Positions 13,367-26,164 of a stretch of DNA of 64,000 nucleotides are shown here, one piece after another. The stretch is from Octopus vulgaris. Taxonomy: Eukaryota. The stretch is from NCBI GenBank assembly GCA_951406725.2, contig OX597817.1, positions 88,164,001-88,228,000 of the forward strand, written 5' to 3'. The stretch's first letter is position 1. Every line of letters starts with the position of its first letter. Below the pieces are notes generated by a model. It was not told the origin of the DNA. It saw only the letters and a list, made by a program, of their open reading frames with translations, and made no database searches. The position numbers and the translations under genes were made by a program.

Positions 13367-14530
13367 ATGACAGGATCTAGGATGCATCACCCAAAATCTG
13401 ACATAGAAAGACTATATATACAACGTATAGAAGGTGGTAGAGACCTTATTCAACTGGAAAACTACTATAAAATAACCACCATAGGATTGCAAAAATATCT
13501 ACTTCAGAAGGAAGGAAAATTGATACAAATAGCGGCAAAACACGAGCAAAACAAAAAACTGTTCTCGGTATTTAAGGAAGCTGACAAATACAAACAAGAA
13601 ATCATACCACCTAATAAATATGAAGAAGAAGAAGAAGAAGAAGAAGAAGAAGAAGAAGAAGAAGAAGAAGAAGAAGAAGAAGAAGAAGAAGAAGAAGAAG
13701 AAGAAGAAGAAGAAGAAGAAGAAACAACAAAAGCTATAAAACAAATGAAATCCAAACTAAAAATAGAACAGCAACGAACCATGATAAAACGATGGCAAGA
13801 AAAGCCCCTTCATGGACTAAACTAAACGCAAAAGAAATAGACAAAGAAAAATCCTAGCAACGGTTGAGAAGCTCAGGACTCAAAGCAGAAACAGAGGGAT
13901 TTTTAATTGCAGCACAAGACCAAAGCTTCCCCACCAGAAATTACCAAAAACATGTAATGAAAAGAAATATAACAAGTAACTGCAGAATATGTGGAGATGG
14001 ACAAGAAACAATAAATCATATTATCTCTAGCTGCCCAGTCCTGGCTAAGAAGGAATATATTCACAGACATGACAGAGTTGGTACCTACATACATTGGAAG
14101 CTATGCCAACATTATGGAATAACAACAGAAAAAAGATGGTATAGGCACACACCAGAAAAGGTCACAGAAAACGAGAAAGCAACCATACTCTGGGATATGC
14201 CGATACACACAGATAGAGAAATTAAGGCCAACAGACCAGATATAGTTGTCAAAGATCATGAAGAAAAAAATGCTTTCTAATTGATGTATCAATACCGGCT
14301 GATGACAACGCGTCTCTAAAAGAAATGGAGAAACTTTCAAAATACAAAGACCTGGAAATAGAGGTAACCAGAATGTGGAATCTAAAAACAAAAACAATTC
14401 CTATCATAGTAGGTGCATTAGGCATGATAAAAAAATATTCAGACAAATACATAACAAAAACACCAGGACTTACAAACACATATAACATACAGAAAATTGC
14501 ACTACTAGGCACTGCACACATCCTGCGCAG
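13367..14530 (+). mobile_element. R4/Dong-like non-LTR retrotransposon 3' part (CCHC knuckle plus restriction-like endonuclease), pseudogenised
   Basis: MHHPKSDIERLYIQRIEGGRDL; CRICGDGQETINHIISSC; RHD; ANRPDIVV; EKLSKYKDL; PIIVGALG; in-frame (GAA)n expansion at 13622-13723. Confidence 0.92.
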
Positions 14531-14946
14531 AAGTACATTCGACATGCATCCAAATTTTCATACGTGATGATGTTATTATGATCTTCGCTGGAGCATGGGA
14601 AAGCATAACTAATATATGGCACCTGGGTTAGTTCAACATACGATTAAAATTAGAAGCATACTTGTTTTTCAAGTTGTAATAGCTATTTTATAAGCTCTGA
14701 TAAATATTAGGTCGGAAAGATCCAATATTTTGTCTGAGAAAAAACATAGTACCCCGTGCGTGAAACAAATAGAACATTAAGTATGCCAAATCTTACAGTG
14801 TCCTAAAACTTATACATTAGGCACAGGCGTGTCTGTGTTGGAAGAGCTTTACTTCTCAACTACATGGTTCCGGGTTCAGTCCCACTGCCTGACACCTCGA
14901 GGCACGAAAAGAGAATGACTCTCCCCAGACACAACAGAATATGCTT
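14530..14946 (+). repeat. Left arm of a ~417-bp near-identical inverted duplication
   Basis: Reverse complement of 16694-17110 with only a few mismatches, near the inner end. Confidence 0.95.
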
Positions 14947-15276
14947 TCGGGGTCGATAAAATAAGTACTAGTTGATCACGGGGGTTTATGTAATCGACTT
15001 AACCCTCTCTTGAAATCTCTGGCCTTGTGCCAACATTTAATAATTCTAGAGGGAATAGGAATTTGAGATGCTCATGCTTTTCTCAATTACATTAGTAATA
15101 TGTAATGGTTTATGAGTCTGTCTCTGTTATGATGTCATAATTAGGTTAGAAGATGGTCAGAGTTTTCTTACTTACTAGACGAAAAACGTAAAAAATATAA
15201 GCTATTGTTTCTCACGTAACATATATTTCCTTTTATTGTTCCCGTCATTAAATATGCTAATTTTATGAATGCCTTA

Positions 15277-16080
15277 TACGCAACTGAGGCACTGTTTAAT
15301 TAATATAACCATCTACGTATTCTATTTTATGAATACACACTGTCAATAGGTGAGATATTGCTGTTGTTGTCCTGAGATAACATCTCTTGTGCACTTGCTG
15401 TGTTATAAACAATAAATGTCAGAGTGAGATGAAGGTTTGCCCCAGTAACAGCCAACCAGAGCGCCAGATGTTTTTCTGCTTTTTAGGGGGTTCTTTTCAA
15501 TGGTGTATACTCGTAGCCAATCACATGCTCGGTCGAGAATTCGCATTTTCTGATACAGGAAAACGTGGATAAAACATTCACTGATGTTAAGAACAGCAGC
15601 CCGGCGGATTAAAAGCCCTGACGTGTTGAAAGAGATATTGTTATAGGATCTTTACCCTTTGACTGACAGATTTAAAAATAATTTTTGGTAACTAAACACT
15701 TTCAAACTTCGGACACTAGTAGAATGTGTCATATAAAATATGTTTTACTCTTAGCATTTTTGAGAAAAACTTATATTTACGAAGTAATTTCACCTAAAGT
15801 TCTCTCGTATTTCGGTAATTTTAACCAATCAATGACGTGTATTCAACTGAATAAAATTTGTCAACAACTATCGGCGGTGTATTTTTCGTTTGTCACTGTT
15901 ATTTATGACATCGCTCATGCGTTTGTACGGGTTTTAAGGTTTTAGGGTTAGGGTTAGGGTTTTAGGGTTAGCGTTTTAGGGTTAGGGTTAGGGTTAGGGT
16001 TTTAGGGTTAGGGTTAGGGTTACATCTTTTGTAGATTTGGGACGAATTTTCGTCTTTCTAATACTTATTGTTTTGTTCAC
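15277..16080. mobile_element. Truncated copy of the long-TIR MITE family (cf. 17896-18435), interrupted by a TTAGGG-bearing MITE
   Basis: tacgcaactgagg start; homology in opposite orientation to 18020-18437. Confidence 0.7.
15646..16021. mobile_element. GGATC-terminus MITE fragment ending in (TTAGGG)n-like repeats
   Basis: ggatctttaccctttgac terminus; homolog at 53440-53645, related to 42024-42439; telomere-like tract ~15940-16021. Confidence 0.75.
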
Positions 16081-16244
16081 ACAGAAAGTCTTCTAAACAA
16101 AGAAATGTTACCTTTGGAAAAATACTGAAGTAACAAGCCTATCAGAACAGGCAAAGGTTTACTTATTGAAAATGATAAAAAGTTCGTTTTATATTTCTGA
16201 GAAACTAAATATTACTTCTAATAACATAGAGAGTAGAGATCTTT

Positions 16245-16620
16245 TATCTTGTCTTTTACCTGTTTCAGTCATTAGACTGCGGCCATGCTGGAGCACCACC
16301 TCGAAGTGATTTTAGTCGAACGAATTTCTAAAGCACTCTTTTTAAAGCCTGGTACTTATTCTGTTGGTAACATAATCCTCCGGGGACATAAACACACCAA
16401 TACCTGTTGTCAAACAGAGGTGGTGGACAAACACACACACACACATACACACACAGAATAAGCTTCTTTCAGTTTCCGTCTATCAAAACCACTCACAAGG
16501 CTTTGGTCGGCCCGAGGATATAGTAGAAGACACTTGCCCAAGGTGCCACGCAGTGGGACTGAACCCAGAACCATGTGGTTGGTAAGCAAGCTACTTACCA
16601 CACATTCACTCCTACGCCTA
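16245..16620 (-). mobile_element. SINE family B, full length
   Basis: Head taggcgtaggagtg..ggttctgggttcagtccc and tail on minus strand. Confidence 0.9.
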
Positions 16621-16693
16621 ATTGAAAAAAATAGCTAATAAATTTCGTTTTTGGATTTGGTTTGCAAGATTCTTTATGTGAGTTCGTGTGTTG

Positions 16694-17110
16694 AAGCAAA
16701 TTCTGTTGTGTCTGGGGAGAGTCATTCTCTTTTCGTGCCTCAATGTGTCACGCAGTGGGACTGAACCCGGAACCATGTAGTTGAGAAGTAAAGCTCTTCC
16801 AACACAGACACGCCTGTGCCTAATGTATAAGTTTTAGGACACTGTAAGATTTGGCATACTTAATGTTCTATTTGTTTCACGCACGGGGTACTATGTTTTT
16901 TCTCAGACAAAATATTGGATCTTTCCGACCTAATATTTATCAGAGCTTATAAAATAGCTATTACAACTTGAAAAACAAGTATGCTTCTAATTTTAATCGT
17001 ATGTTGAACTAACCCAGGTGCCATATATTAGTTATGCTTTCCCATGCTCCAGCGAAGATCATAATAACATCATCACGTATGAAAATTTGGATGCATGTCG
17101 AATGTACTTC
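16694..17110 (-). repeat. Right arm of the ~417-bp inverted duplication
   Basis: Reverse complement of 14530-14946. Confidence 0.95.
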
Positions 17111-17895
17111 AGCTGAAAAAATCTTTGTGAAACAAACAGTAACACAACATTTCTGTTTCGGCACTGTTTAAATTTAGATCAGTTTATTCTTTATTTGCAT
17201 TCTGCACAGCATCGATGAATCTATAAATGTTACACAAAAGACACACGTGAAATATAAACAAAACTGGTTTGAAAAATCTGTTGAAAAATCTCATCAAATG
17301 GTTCAAAGTTTCTGACATTTCACACGTGTAACTACAAAGAGGTAGTAAGACGACATAAATGCATTTCCTATTCATTTCAACTGCCATATATATATATATA
17401 AAGGAGGTAAGTTAGGGGAAAACAGAGCGTCGAAGTAAATGCGTTGCTGTTTTTAGTTTGGTCCTTCTTAGTCCTGGGATCAAACCATTTCAAGTCAACT
17501 TACATTTCTTTATTGCTACTTTGTCAACTAATCTCTTTATGTTACATCTAGCATCTCCTTGAAATCAGTCCATATATCATCAAATTAACATAACCATCAA
17601 TATATTATATTCAATGTATTTACACTAATGAAGGGCCAGTTACTGCAGTATTTGTCCTGGTAACATTTCTTATAGATTTTGCTACGTTAAAGACACAATA
17701 AATATAGGAGAGATATCAAAATTCATCCCATCAGCTTCCACCGAGAGCACCAGACGTATTTCAGCCTTTTTGAACCTTTTCAATGGCCCGTACTTGCAGC
17801 TAGTTGCATGCTCGTCGTCTCTGATATGGAAAAAAGTGGATAAAATGTTCATTAATGCTGCAAATAGCCTCCCGGCTGATTAAAAGTCCACTATA

Positions 17896-18435
17896 CGCAA
17901 CTGAGGCCGTATTTGATTAAAATAGCCTTCTGTGTATCATACTTAATATAAGCACACAGTCGATAAGCCAGTCACCGTAGCGTTTCTCCTGAGATAACGT
18001 CTCTTATGGACTTGCTGTGTTAACACAATAAATATTAGAGAGACGAAAATTCGTCCCAAGTCTATAAGAGACGTTTTTTTAGGATTTTTTATCCGCCGGG
18101 CGGTTGTTCGCAAAATCAGAGAATGGTTTATTCACGTATTCCTGTCTCAGAAATGACGATTTCTTGACCGAGCATATGACTGGCTGTACGTACGCACTAT
18201 TGAAAAGATCCCCAAAAAGCCGAAATGTACCTGGCGCTCACGTTGTCCGCTGATGGAGGTGAATTTTCATCTCTCTCCGGTATTTATGGTTTTTAACATA
18301 GCAAGACCATGAGAGATGTTATCTCAGGCCAAATACTGCAATATCGATGGTGTGTATATGTGGCCTATCGATGGTGTATATACATTAAGTATGATACATA
18401 GATGGCTATTTTAATTAAACACTACCTCAATCACG
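17896..18435. mobile_element. MITE with ~165-bp diverged TIRs, TA-flanked (Tc1/mariner type); another partial copy at ~17655-17890
   Basis: ta|cgcaactgagg ... cctcaatcacg|ta; shared internal motif cctgagataac in both orientations. Confidence 0.7.
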
Positions 18436-18514
18436 TACCTGTATCATATATAACAGACATTCCTAATTTTTGCAACCACCAGAGTAACTTGGGGCTTATG
18501 AAAGGAAAGCTTTA

Positions 18515-18732
18515 CGAGGGGGTGCCGAAAAGTTCCTGGCTTTAAGAGTATCGTGAAAGGCCTGGTTGGAGATCTAACCTTTCAAGGTTCTTTTACAGGA
18601 CTTAGAAAAACTGAAGGACCGCTGCAATAAGTGTGTGAACCTGAGAGAGGAATATGTTCAATAAAATCATAATTAACTGACCCTCCTGTATTTTCTTTTA
18701 TAGAAAGCCAGGGACTTTTCAGCACCACCTCG
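18515..18732 (+). mobile_element. Mariner-derived MITE
   Basis: ~29-bp TIR cgagggggtgccgaaaagttcctggcttt / aaagccagggacttttcagcaccacctcg; carries transposase C-terminus LKDRCNKCVNLREEYVQ*. Confidence 0.85.
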
Positions 18733-19340
18733 AATACTACTCAGAACATATGAAACAAGGGTTAACAAAGTCTGAAAACAAGTATGGACATTTAGGACAA
18801 ACGTAGGAAAATGCTTTGGACAGGCAAAGAGTTAAGAAGCTGTTCAGTAGTGTTCTTCGAAAATGTTTATATTTACAATATAACCAAACTGATAAATGAG
18901 AGAATTGATAGGGCTGTGATGTCTAGTTATAGTTCTTTATGGTCCGAGTTCAAACTCCATCAATGTTAATTTTGTCTCTCATTCTTCTGGGGACGATACA
19001 GTGAGTTCCAACCAAGTGCAACGTTTGATTAAATTGACGATAGCCGCCCTCCTCCTCCACCTAAACTGAATATCACAAAAGACAAAAAAATGGCTACGAA
19101 ATCTTGCAGAGTGACATCAGTGTTACGACACTGCTAGCAGACAGAGTCAAAACACCGGTGGTGGTGGACATCTTCGAATACTGAGAGAAATTGTACCAAG
19201 TGCTCTCAGTTTCTACCGTGGGGACTGTAGATACTACAAATTGAGAAAGATGCCAGCCTAATAACCGAAACAAGCCACTTATACTGAAAAAGAACAAAAA
19301 TTGATACACACACACACACAATGAGTGAATTTAGACAAAC

Positions 19341-19472
<132 letters not shown>

Positions 19473-19477
19473 GTATG

Positions 19478-19645
19478 TATACGACGGGCTTCTTTCAGTT
19501 TCCGCCTACCAAATCCACTCACAAGGCTTTGGTCAGCCCGAAGCTATAGTAGAAGATACTTGCCCACCGTGCCACGCAGTGAGACTGAACCCGGGGCCAT
19601 GTGGCTGGTAAGAAGCTACTTACCACACAGCCACTCATGCGCCTG
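19478..19645 (-). mobile_element. SINE family B, 5' half, next to a long (TA)n
   Basis: acgacgggcttctttcagtttccg...accacacagccactc. Confidence 0.85.
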
Positions 19646-19787
19646 ATGTATATCTATCTATATACGTATATGCGTGTGCGTGCATATATATATATATATA
19701 ACTTTATACCTACTTGTCTATCGTTAGACTGCGGCCATGCTGGAGCATATCCATACACATGCACATATATGTATGTACGTATATATA

Positions 19788-20754
19788 TGTAATGGATCTT
19801 GCAGGCATGAAGTGAAATCGATCCACCATGGCCAAATTTAAATTAACAGTTCAGCAGAACTTTTCTTACGGTCAAACAATAGCTTTTCTGTGAAGCAGTT
19901 TTACATTTACCAGATTGCCTTAACTAGGCCTAAATAATGTCTTCACCAGTTGATCTTTCTAATCTCTTCTATTTCATCAAAAGTTAGAATTAAGATAACA
20001 AGACCACCAACTAAATCTATTGTTCTCAATGATATGTCTATCCTTCTGGATAGTTATAAAAGCAAGAACCCCCAAGCAAAAGTCACTTAGTCACTTGGTG
20101 TCAACTTAGTTAGTCAGTAGGCAACAACTCGAGTTGGTGAGTTAGTGAGAATGGAGTCTGGCTGACCAGCTGAACAAACGCCGTCTCTAAAGAAAAGGGC
20201 ACAAGAGAACAACTATGATAACTTACCAACGGAACAGTTGTTTCGTCCCACACTCTCTCACTTTCACTAACTCAATTTCTCTTCTCTACACATTACCATA
20301 TCTCTCTCTATGGTTTACATGGTTTACTACAACAATAAGAACATACTAATACAATAAGAACACACAGGCCGAAATTAACTTTTTTACTTCGCATGCGTTT
20401 GGATTTCATTACCTTCCCGTCGAGGTAAGGTATATACAATGTACGGTAAATAAATATTTTCTTCACAACTTCAATCACTGTTCTTTCATCTTTACATAAT
20501 AACAATCAACGAAGAACCAATCCTTACGAACAGATTACATCCATCCTGCTGTGTATCAACTATCGTTCCCTCAAACTAATGTTTACAAATCAAACTTTTA
20601 CCGTTTACAAACAAATTTTACTGTTACAACAGGTGACTTGACTGTCACAAACTGGTGATCTCGACGTTGCACCATAACAGGCATCGGTTACAAATATAAA
20701 TCTCAGTCGTTACAGCTGGTGACACTCGACTTCAAAGAAGAATCTACCTTTACA
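19788..20754 (+). mobile_element. Solo-LTR-like element (Gypsy type), family X copy 1
   Basis: TG..CA ends, tataaaag (~20055), aataaa (~20449); homologs at 31673, 39500 and 56258. Confidence 0.8.
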
Positions 20755-20999
20755 CACACACACACATATATATATATATTTCATAAACTTGTCGGTACTC
20801 CATGTCATTATGTATGTATGTATGTATGTATGTATGTATGTATGTATGTATGTATGTATGTATGTATACGCATGTATGTATATTTGTGTGTGTGTGTTTG
20901 AATGGCGAAGGACCCCCACCTTTTTTAAACAAATTAGGATTCTGCCCAACATATCTCTTTACACTGGTACACGCATATGCACACACATTTATTCGTATA

Positions 21000-21504
21000 C
21001 TAGCAGTATCGCCCGGCGTTGCTCGGGTTTGTAAGGGAAATAACTATATAAGCATTTTTAGAGAGTTACTTCCCTTATAAATTCGGGCTTTCTTAGCCAT
21101 TTTTGATTTGGTGTCTTCAAGCCATGAAGTCGTTGTTCTAAAAGAACGCTGGTTTCCTTCACAACGCATTACGACGTTGATTTCTTTACACTCCCTTCCC
21201 CACAGCTTCACGAGGGAGGGAAGGGGAGAAGCAAACAGGTGCAGCTGTGAGCGTGGACGCCAACTCCACCGCCATCGACACACGATGCATTTTATGCATT
21301 AAAATGGAATAAAAAATTATGTTAAATTATTTTTAAAATCGTAGACTCATCGTTGACGCGCGCTAATAGTCAGACGGGCTCGATATGAATCACGACTATA
21401 AGATACCCGAATTTGGTTAAACTGCACCGCAAAATGTGGGAGGAGTTAGGAATCTAAATCGAAGGGGACAGACACTCACACAACTAGAGTTTTATATATA
21501 TAGA
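21000..21504 (-). mobile_element. Non-autonomous Helitron, complete
   Basis: Minus strand begins A|TCTATATATAT and ends cccgagcaacgccggg hairpin..CTAG|T; inserted between A and T, no TSD. Confidence 0.85.
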
Positions 21505-21631
21505 TATGTACATAACTCAGTTGATAACTGTACACTTATTATGTGACTCTAAATGTTCTTTATCAAATGTATAAATTGCAACCTCGGAGCAATCAAGTAA
21601 TTACTGTTGTGCTTTAAGTTTCAAAAGTTAA

Positions 21632-22347
<716 letters not shown>

Positions 22348-23163
22348 TAATGACATGGAGTACCGACAAGTTTATGAAATCCCACTTCTAAGTCTACCTC
22401 AGGAACAAGAGATCCTCACCAAGTACCTACAACATAAAAAGTAGAAATTGTTGACTGACAACAAAAGTACACTGTGGAAGACCAAAACTGAAGACATCAA
22501 CCATATTACTGCCAATTGCGTGAGAATGCCTTCTAGATATTATCTTCCCATGGGGCCTGACGCAGTGGCTAGAACAGTCTGGAATAGGATGACTAAAACG
22601 AAAACATCTCCATACGAAGTTGACTTTATTGAGACCTATGGGTCAGAAGAATATTGGTGGAACTTAAAAATTAAAACAGGCCACCACAAGAAAAAATGTA
22701 TTCTGCTGTGGAAATCAGCTGCCCTTTGGACAACAATGTGGTTAGAAAATTACAAAAGAAAGAGGACATATATGGACTATTGGTAAGGAGTTTGCAAATC
22801 CAGTACCCAAAATACAGTTTCAGCAAATCCAGTACCCAAAATACAGTTACAGTAAATCCAGTACCCAAAATACAGTTTCAGGAAATCCAGTACCCAAAAT
22901 ACAGTTTCAGCAAATCCAGTACCCAAAATACAGTTTCAGCAAATCCAGTACCCAAAATACAGTTTCAGCAAATCCAGTACCCAAAATACAGTTTCAGCTT
23001 CATACCTATTATTATTGGAGCAAGAGGATACATACCAACCCGTCTAGAGCAAAGTATAGTTGAACTTGGGTTCTTGGGGGACAAAACGCAAATCCTTAAT
23101 TCATGTACTGCATATGATCACGATATCTGGGGCTATAAAAATCTGCAAGACCTTATGATTTAA
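22348..23163 (+). mobile_element. R4/Dong-like LINE 3' relic flanked by (CATA)n
   Basis: EDINHITANC; YYLPMGPDAVA; EYWWNLKIKT; VEISCPLDNNV..KEDIYG; FIPIIIGARGYI. Confidence 0.8.
22794..22996 (+). repeat. 29-bp minisatellite x7 inside the LINE ORF
   Basis: Unit gcaaatccagtacccaaaatacagtttca, 7 abutting copies, 3 single-base variants, no spacers. Confidence 0.95.
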
Positions 23164-23519
23164 AGAATGGTGAACAAAACAAGATGTTTTTGCTTCACCA
23201 AGTTAAAATTTATTCTAAATTAAAAAGAGAAAGAGAAAAACATGCATACATGCACACAGTGCATGTATGTTGTATGAAAAACATACAATATACACACGTA
23301 CGTACGTACATACATATATACATGCATACACACATACATACATACATACATACATACATACATACATACATGTATGTATGTATGTATGTATGTATGTATG
23401 TATGTATGTATGTACGTATGTATGTATGTATGTACGTATGTATGTATGTATGAAAAAGTTTGTTACGAGGCTAGAAACCGTTTCTTTCTCCATAGATGAG
23501 CATGAAAACGCACACACAT

Positions 23520-23630
<111 letters not shown>

Positions 23631-25329
23631 TGTGCGCATTCGTTTTTGTGTGTTAGTTAGTGTAGATGCTCCAAGTGAATTTGTGTCCTTCCTGGTGTAT
23701 GGTGACAACTGGTTCTTGTATCAAACATCTTTTGAAAACAAGGCCTATACCTTGTGTCCCTTGCTTGACTAAAGAATAACATTAGCTAACTCGTAATATT
23801 CTCATAATCTTTTACCGTACTCTGGATATTTCTGCTGATAAAAACATGAGAAATAGTTACATCCATCTTTACATTGGATTGTAAATATTATTTGGTCACA
23901 GTTTACCTATTATAGTGGATATTAATGTAGTTTAGAAATAGACGTGTGATGTGTGATGTGTGACTATAAATAAACTAGAATCTCGTGAACCTTGACCTTC
24001 GACTTAATTTAATAAAGTTTGACTACCTCAACAAATGATTCCCACAGAAACACAACGAAGACATAATTAACGGCTCTCAGTACTGAAATAATTAAATAAA
24101 TAAATACGAACAAGCTACTTTATTAAGATTAACCTTGTTATTAAAGAGAGAAGTTAGCCAAGTGTTATTAATCGTTTCTGTCGGTTAAGTGAGTGTTTAA
24201 AATTATTAATATAAATACTTAGAAATAATAAATTGCCGGAAAAAACTTTTGGTAACGACATGGCTCATCATTTGGTGGGTCGTATTACTAAAAAGATTCG
24301 AGGAAATTTTTTGTTAGGCTTACCATTCAGGAAAACTCACAGGCCACAGTTTGTCCACGATTGCTCTGCATGATCACTGAACCTATAGAAAATAGAAACT
24401 AAATCTCTGAATTTACACCCTCCTATCTGAAATAAAGAAGATAAACTGGACATTGTACTTTCTGGTATAAAAAGCCATCAGACTAACATTTGGAATATAT
24501 TTTATTATAAGTCTGCTCGATCAGGGTAAAGTAGCATTTAAATAACTGATTTAAGTCTGTTCTGTCAGAACTGATAGAGTTGGATAACAATCGTTTTAGG
24601 AATTCAACTTGTTTTGCAACCGAATTGCTTTCATGTTGCAACACCCTAATAAAGATAAGGATATTTTATATAATGCAGGCCATGACGCTACTAAACCTGA
24701 AATTAAAGACAAGATGATTAAGGATGGGATACCTTTGAACTTAGATCTACTCGACCAAAGCTAATTTGGGACAAAAGAGCATCAACAACTTTTCCAATTA
24801 CTCTTATGGCCACAACTCCAAAAATTTCCCCAGTTTTATCACTTTGTTATATTTTCTTCCCACATTCCCTTAAAATTTAGTTCTGCGAATATTTCTTCAT
24901 CCCCATCCCCATGCAACATTCCCCAAAATTTATTTTCTAACTTTCTTCATTGCTATAAATCATCGTTATCATCCTACCCACGTCTAACATTCTACAATGA
25001 TGCTTCGTAATGATACGAAGGTATCATTGACTCTCTTAGGTCTTTCAATTTACCGCAATTTATCAATAGACCAATTAAGTAAACCTATCTATAATGTCTA
25101 CTGGAAACAGCTGTAAGCCAAATTTGCTACAATAAAGGAATTATATGTAATGACCATTACTTTAACTTGTCTTTTATATATCACTCTGTAAAAACCAGTT
25201 TATATGAAGCCCATCTACGGATTTACAATATAGAATTGTGATAAACCATAACAAAAGCAACATCGACAGCAGCAGCAGTTGCAATAGCAGCAACATCAGC
25301 AATAAGCACAGCACCGACTCCACACATCC

Positions 25330-26040
25330 GAGGAAATGCAACGGATGCGCGGGAACTTCCTTCAAGAAACTCTCTCCAACCATAGGTCCTCCTTCCGGGT
25401 CGCGGAAAGGAGATATGTAACATCACTGGCCAGCCATATCTGGCAACTGAGGGAAGACGGAATTCCATACTCGATATCATGGGAAATCCTCTACCGTCCG
25501 GGTCCGTACATAGATGGAACGAAACGTGACAGCCTATGCGTAGCCGAACGCATGGAAATCCTGAAAAACTCGCACGTACCAGGAAACATACTGAATTCCA
25601 GAACGGAGATTTTCGGCCGTGCTTGCATTTCAGGAAATTCCTATTAGCGTTTTGGGAACGGCATAACGATAATAGCGGTATCAGTGATAATATTAACACC
25701 ACGGCTGGAAATTGATTGCCGATGATAGTGAGAGATAACCCCCTACTTTCTACTCTCACAGCCGATAGGTGGCGTAGCTGAAAGAGGACAACATAGCCGG
25801 AAGCCGATGACCAGCTGATGACCACCAGAAGAGGGAGATAACCCCCATTGTTTATATCCGGTTCGTTTCCCCCTCCATACTTTAAAGAGGCCAACAAGTC
25901 TTACGGTCTGATGATACGCCATAAAGATACTCTTTACGGCGAGAAACTAGGGTAGCCCTATAAACAGGCGTTAACCAATAATAAATATAGACTGCTCTAC
26001 TTCATAGAGTGTGCTTCTCCGATTTTATGTTTTTCTAAAA
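25330..26040 (+). mobile_element. Penelope-like element 3' end: GIY-YIG endonuclease C-terminal relic plus pseudo-LTR
   Basis: NHRSSFR..TSLASHIWQLR..YSISWEIL..PYIDGTKRDSLCVAERMEIL..ILNSRTEI; tail homologous to 59325-59470. Confidence 0.85.
25905..25968 (+). ncRNA. Hammerhead ribozyme-like motif (type I, Penelope-associated)
   Basis: CUGAUGA (25908) - stem II cgccataaag/ctttacggcg - GAAAC (25943) - hairpin taggg/cccta; cleavage-site region non-canonical. Confidence 0.5.
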
Positions 26041-26164
26041 AAAAAAAACGATATATATATATATATATATATAAAGACATAAAAGGGGTTTAAAATTTAC
26101 GACTGTTGTTTCGGTAGAATTTTATTGATGTATTCATAGATTACATCATACCATATAACCCACC

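Noticed and set aside
15940-16021. True telomere or chromosome-fusion scar
   Set aside because: Short, one orientation only, and embedded in a MITE family that carries such repeats elsewhere.
17625-17665. Hammerhead-like ctaatga..gtcctggtaac
   Set aside because: Both core boxes are mutated and the 3' half overlaps a MITE copy.
19094-19290. Coding-looking GC-richer segment
   Set aside because: The plus-strand frames examined break quickly; only faint resemblance to an RTE C-terminus.
22794-22996. CRISPR-like 29-bp repeats
   Set aside because: Units abut with no spacers, there are no cas genes, and the context is a eukaryotic LINE ORF.
25223-25897. Longest ORF (224 aa, minus strand)
   Set aside because: It is the antisense shadow of the Penelope endonuclease relic and has no recognisable domain.
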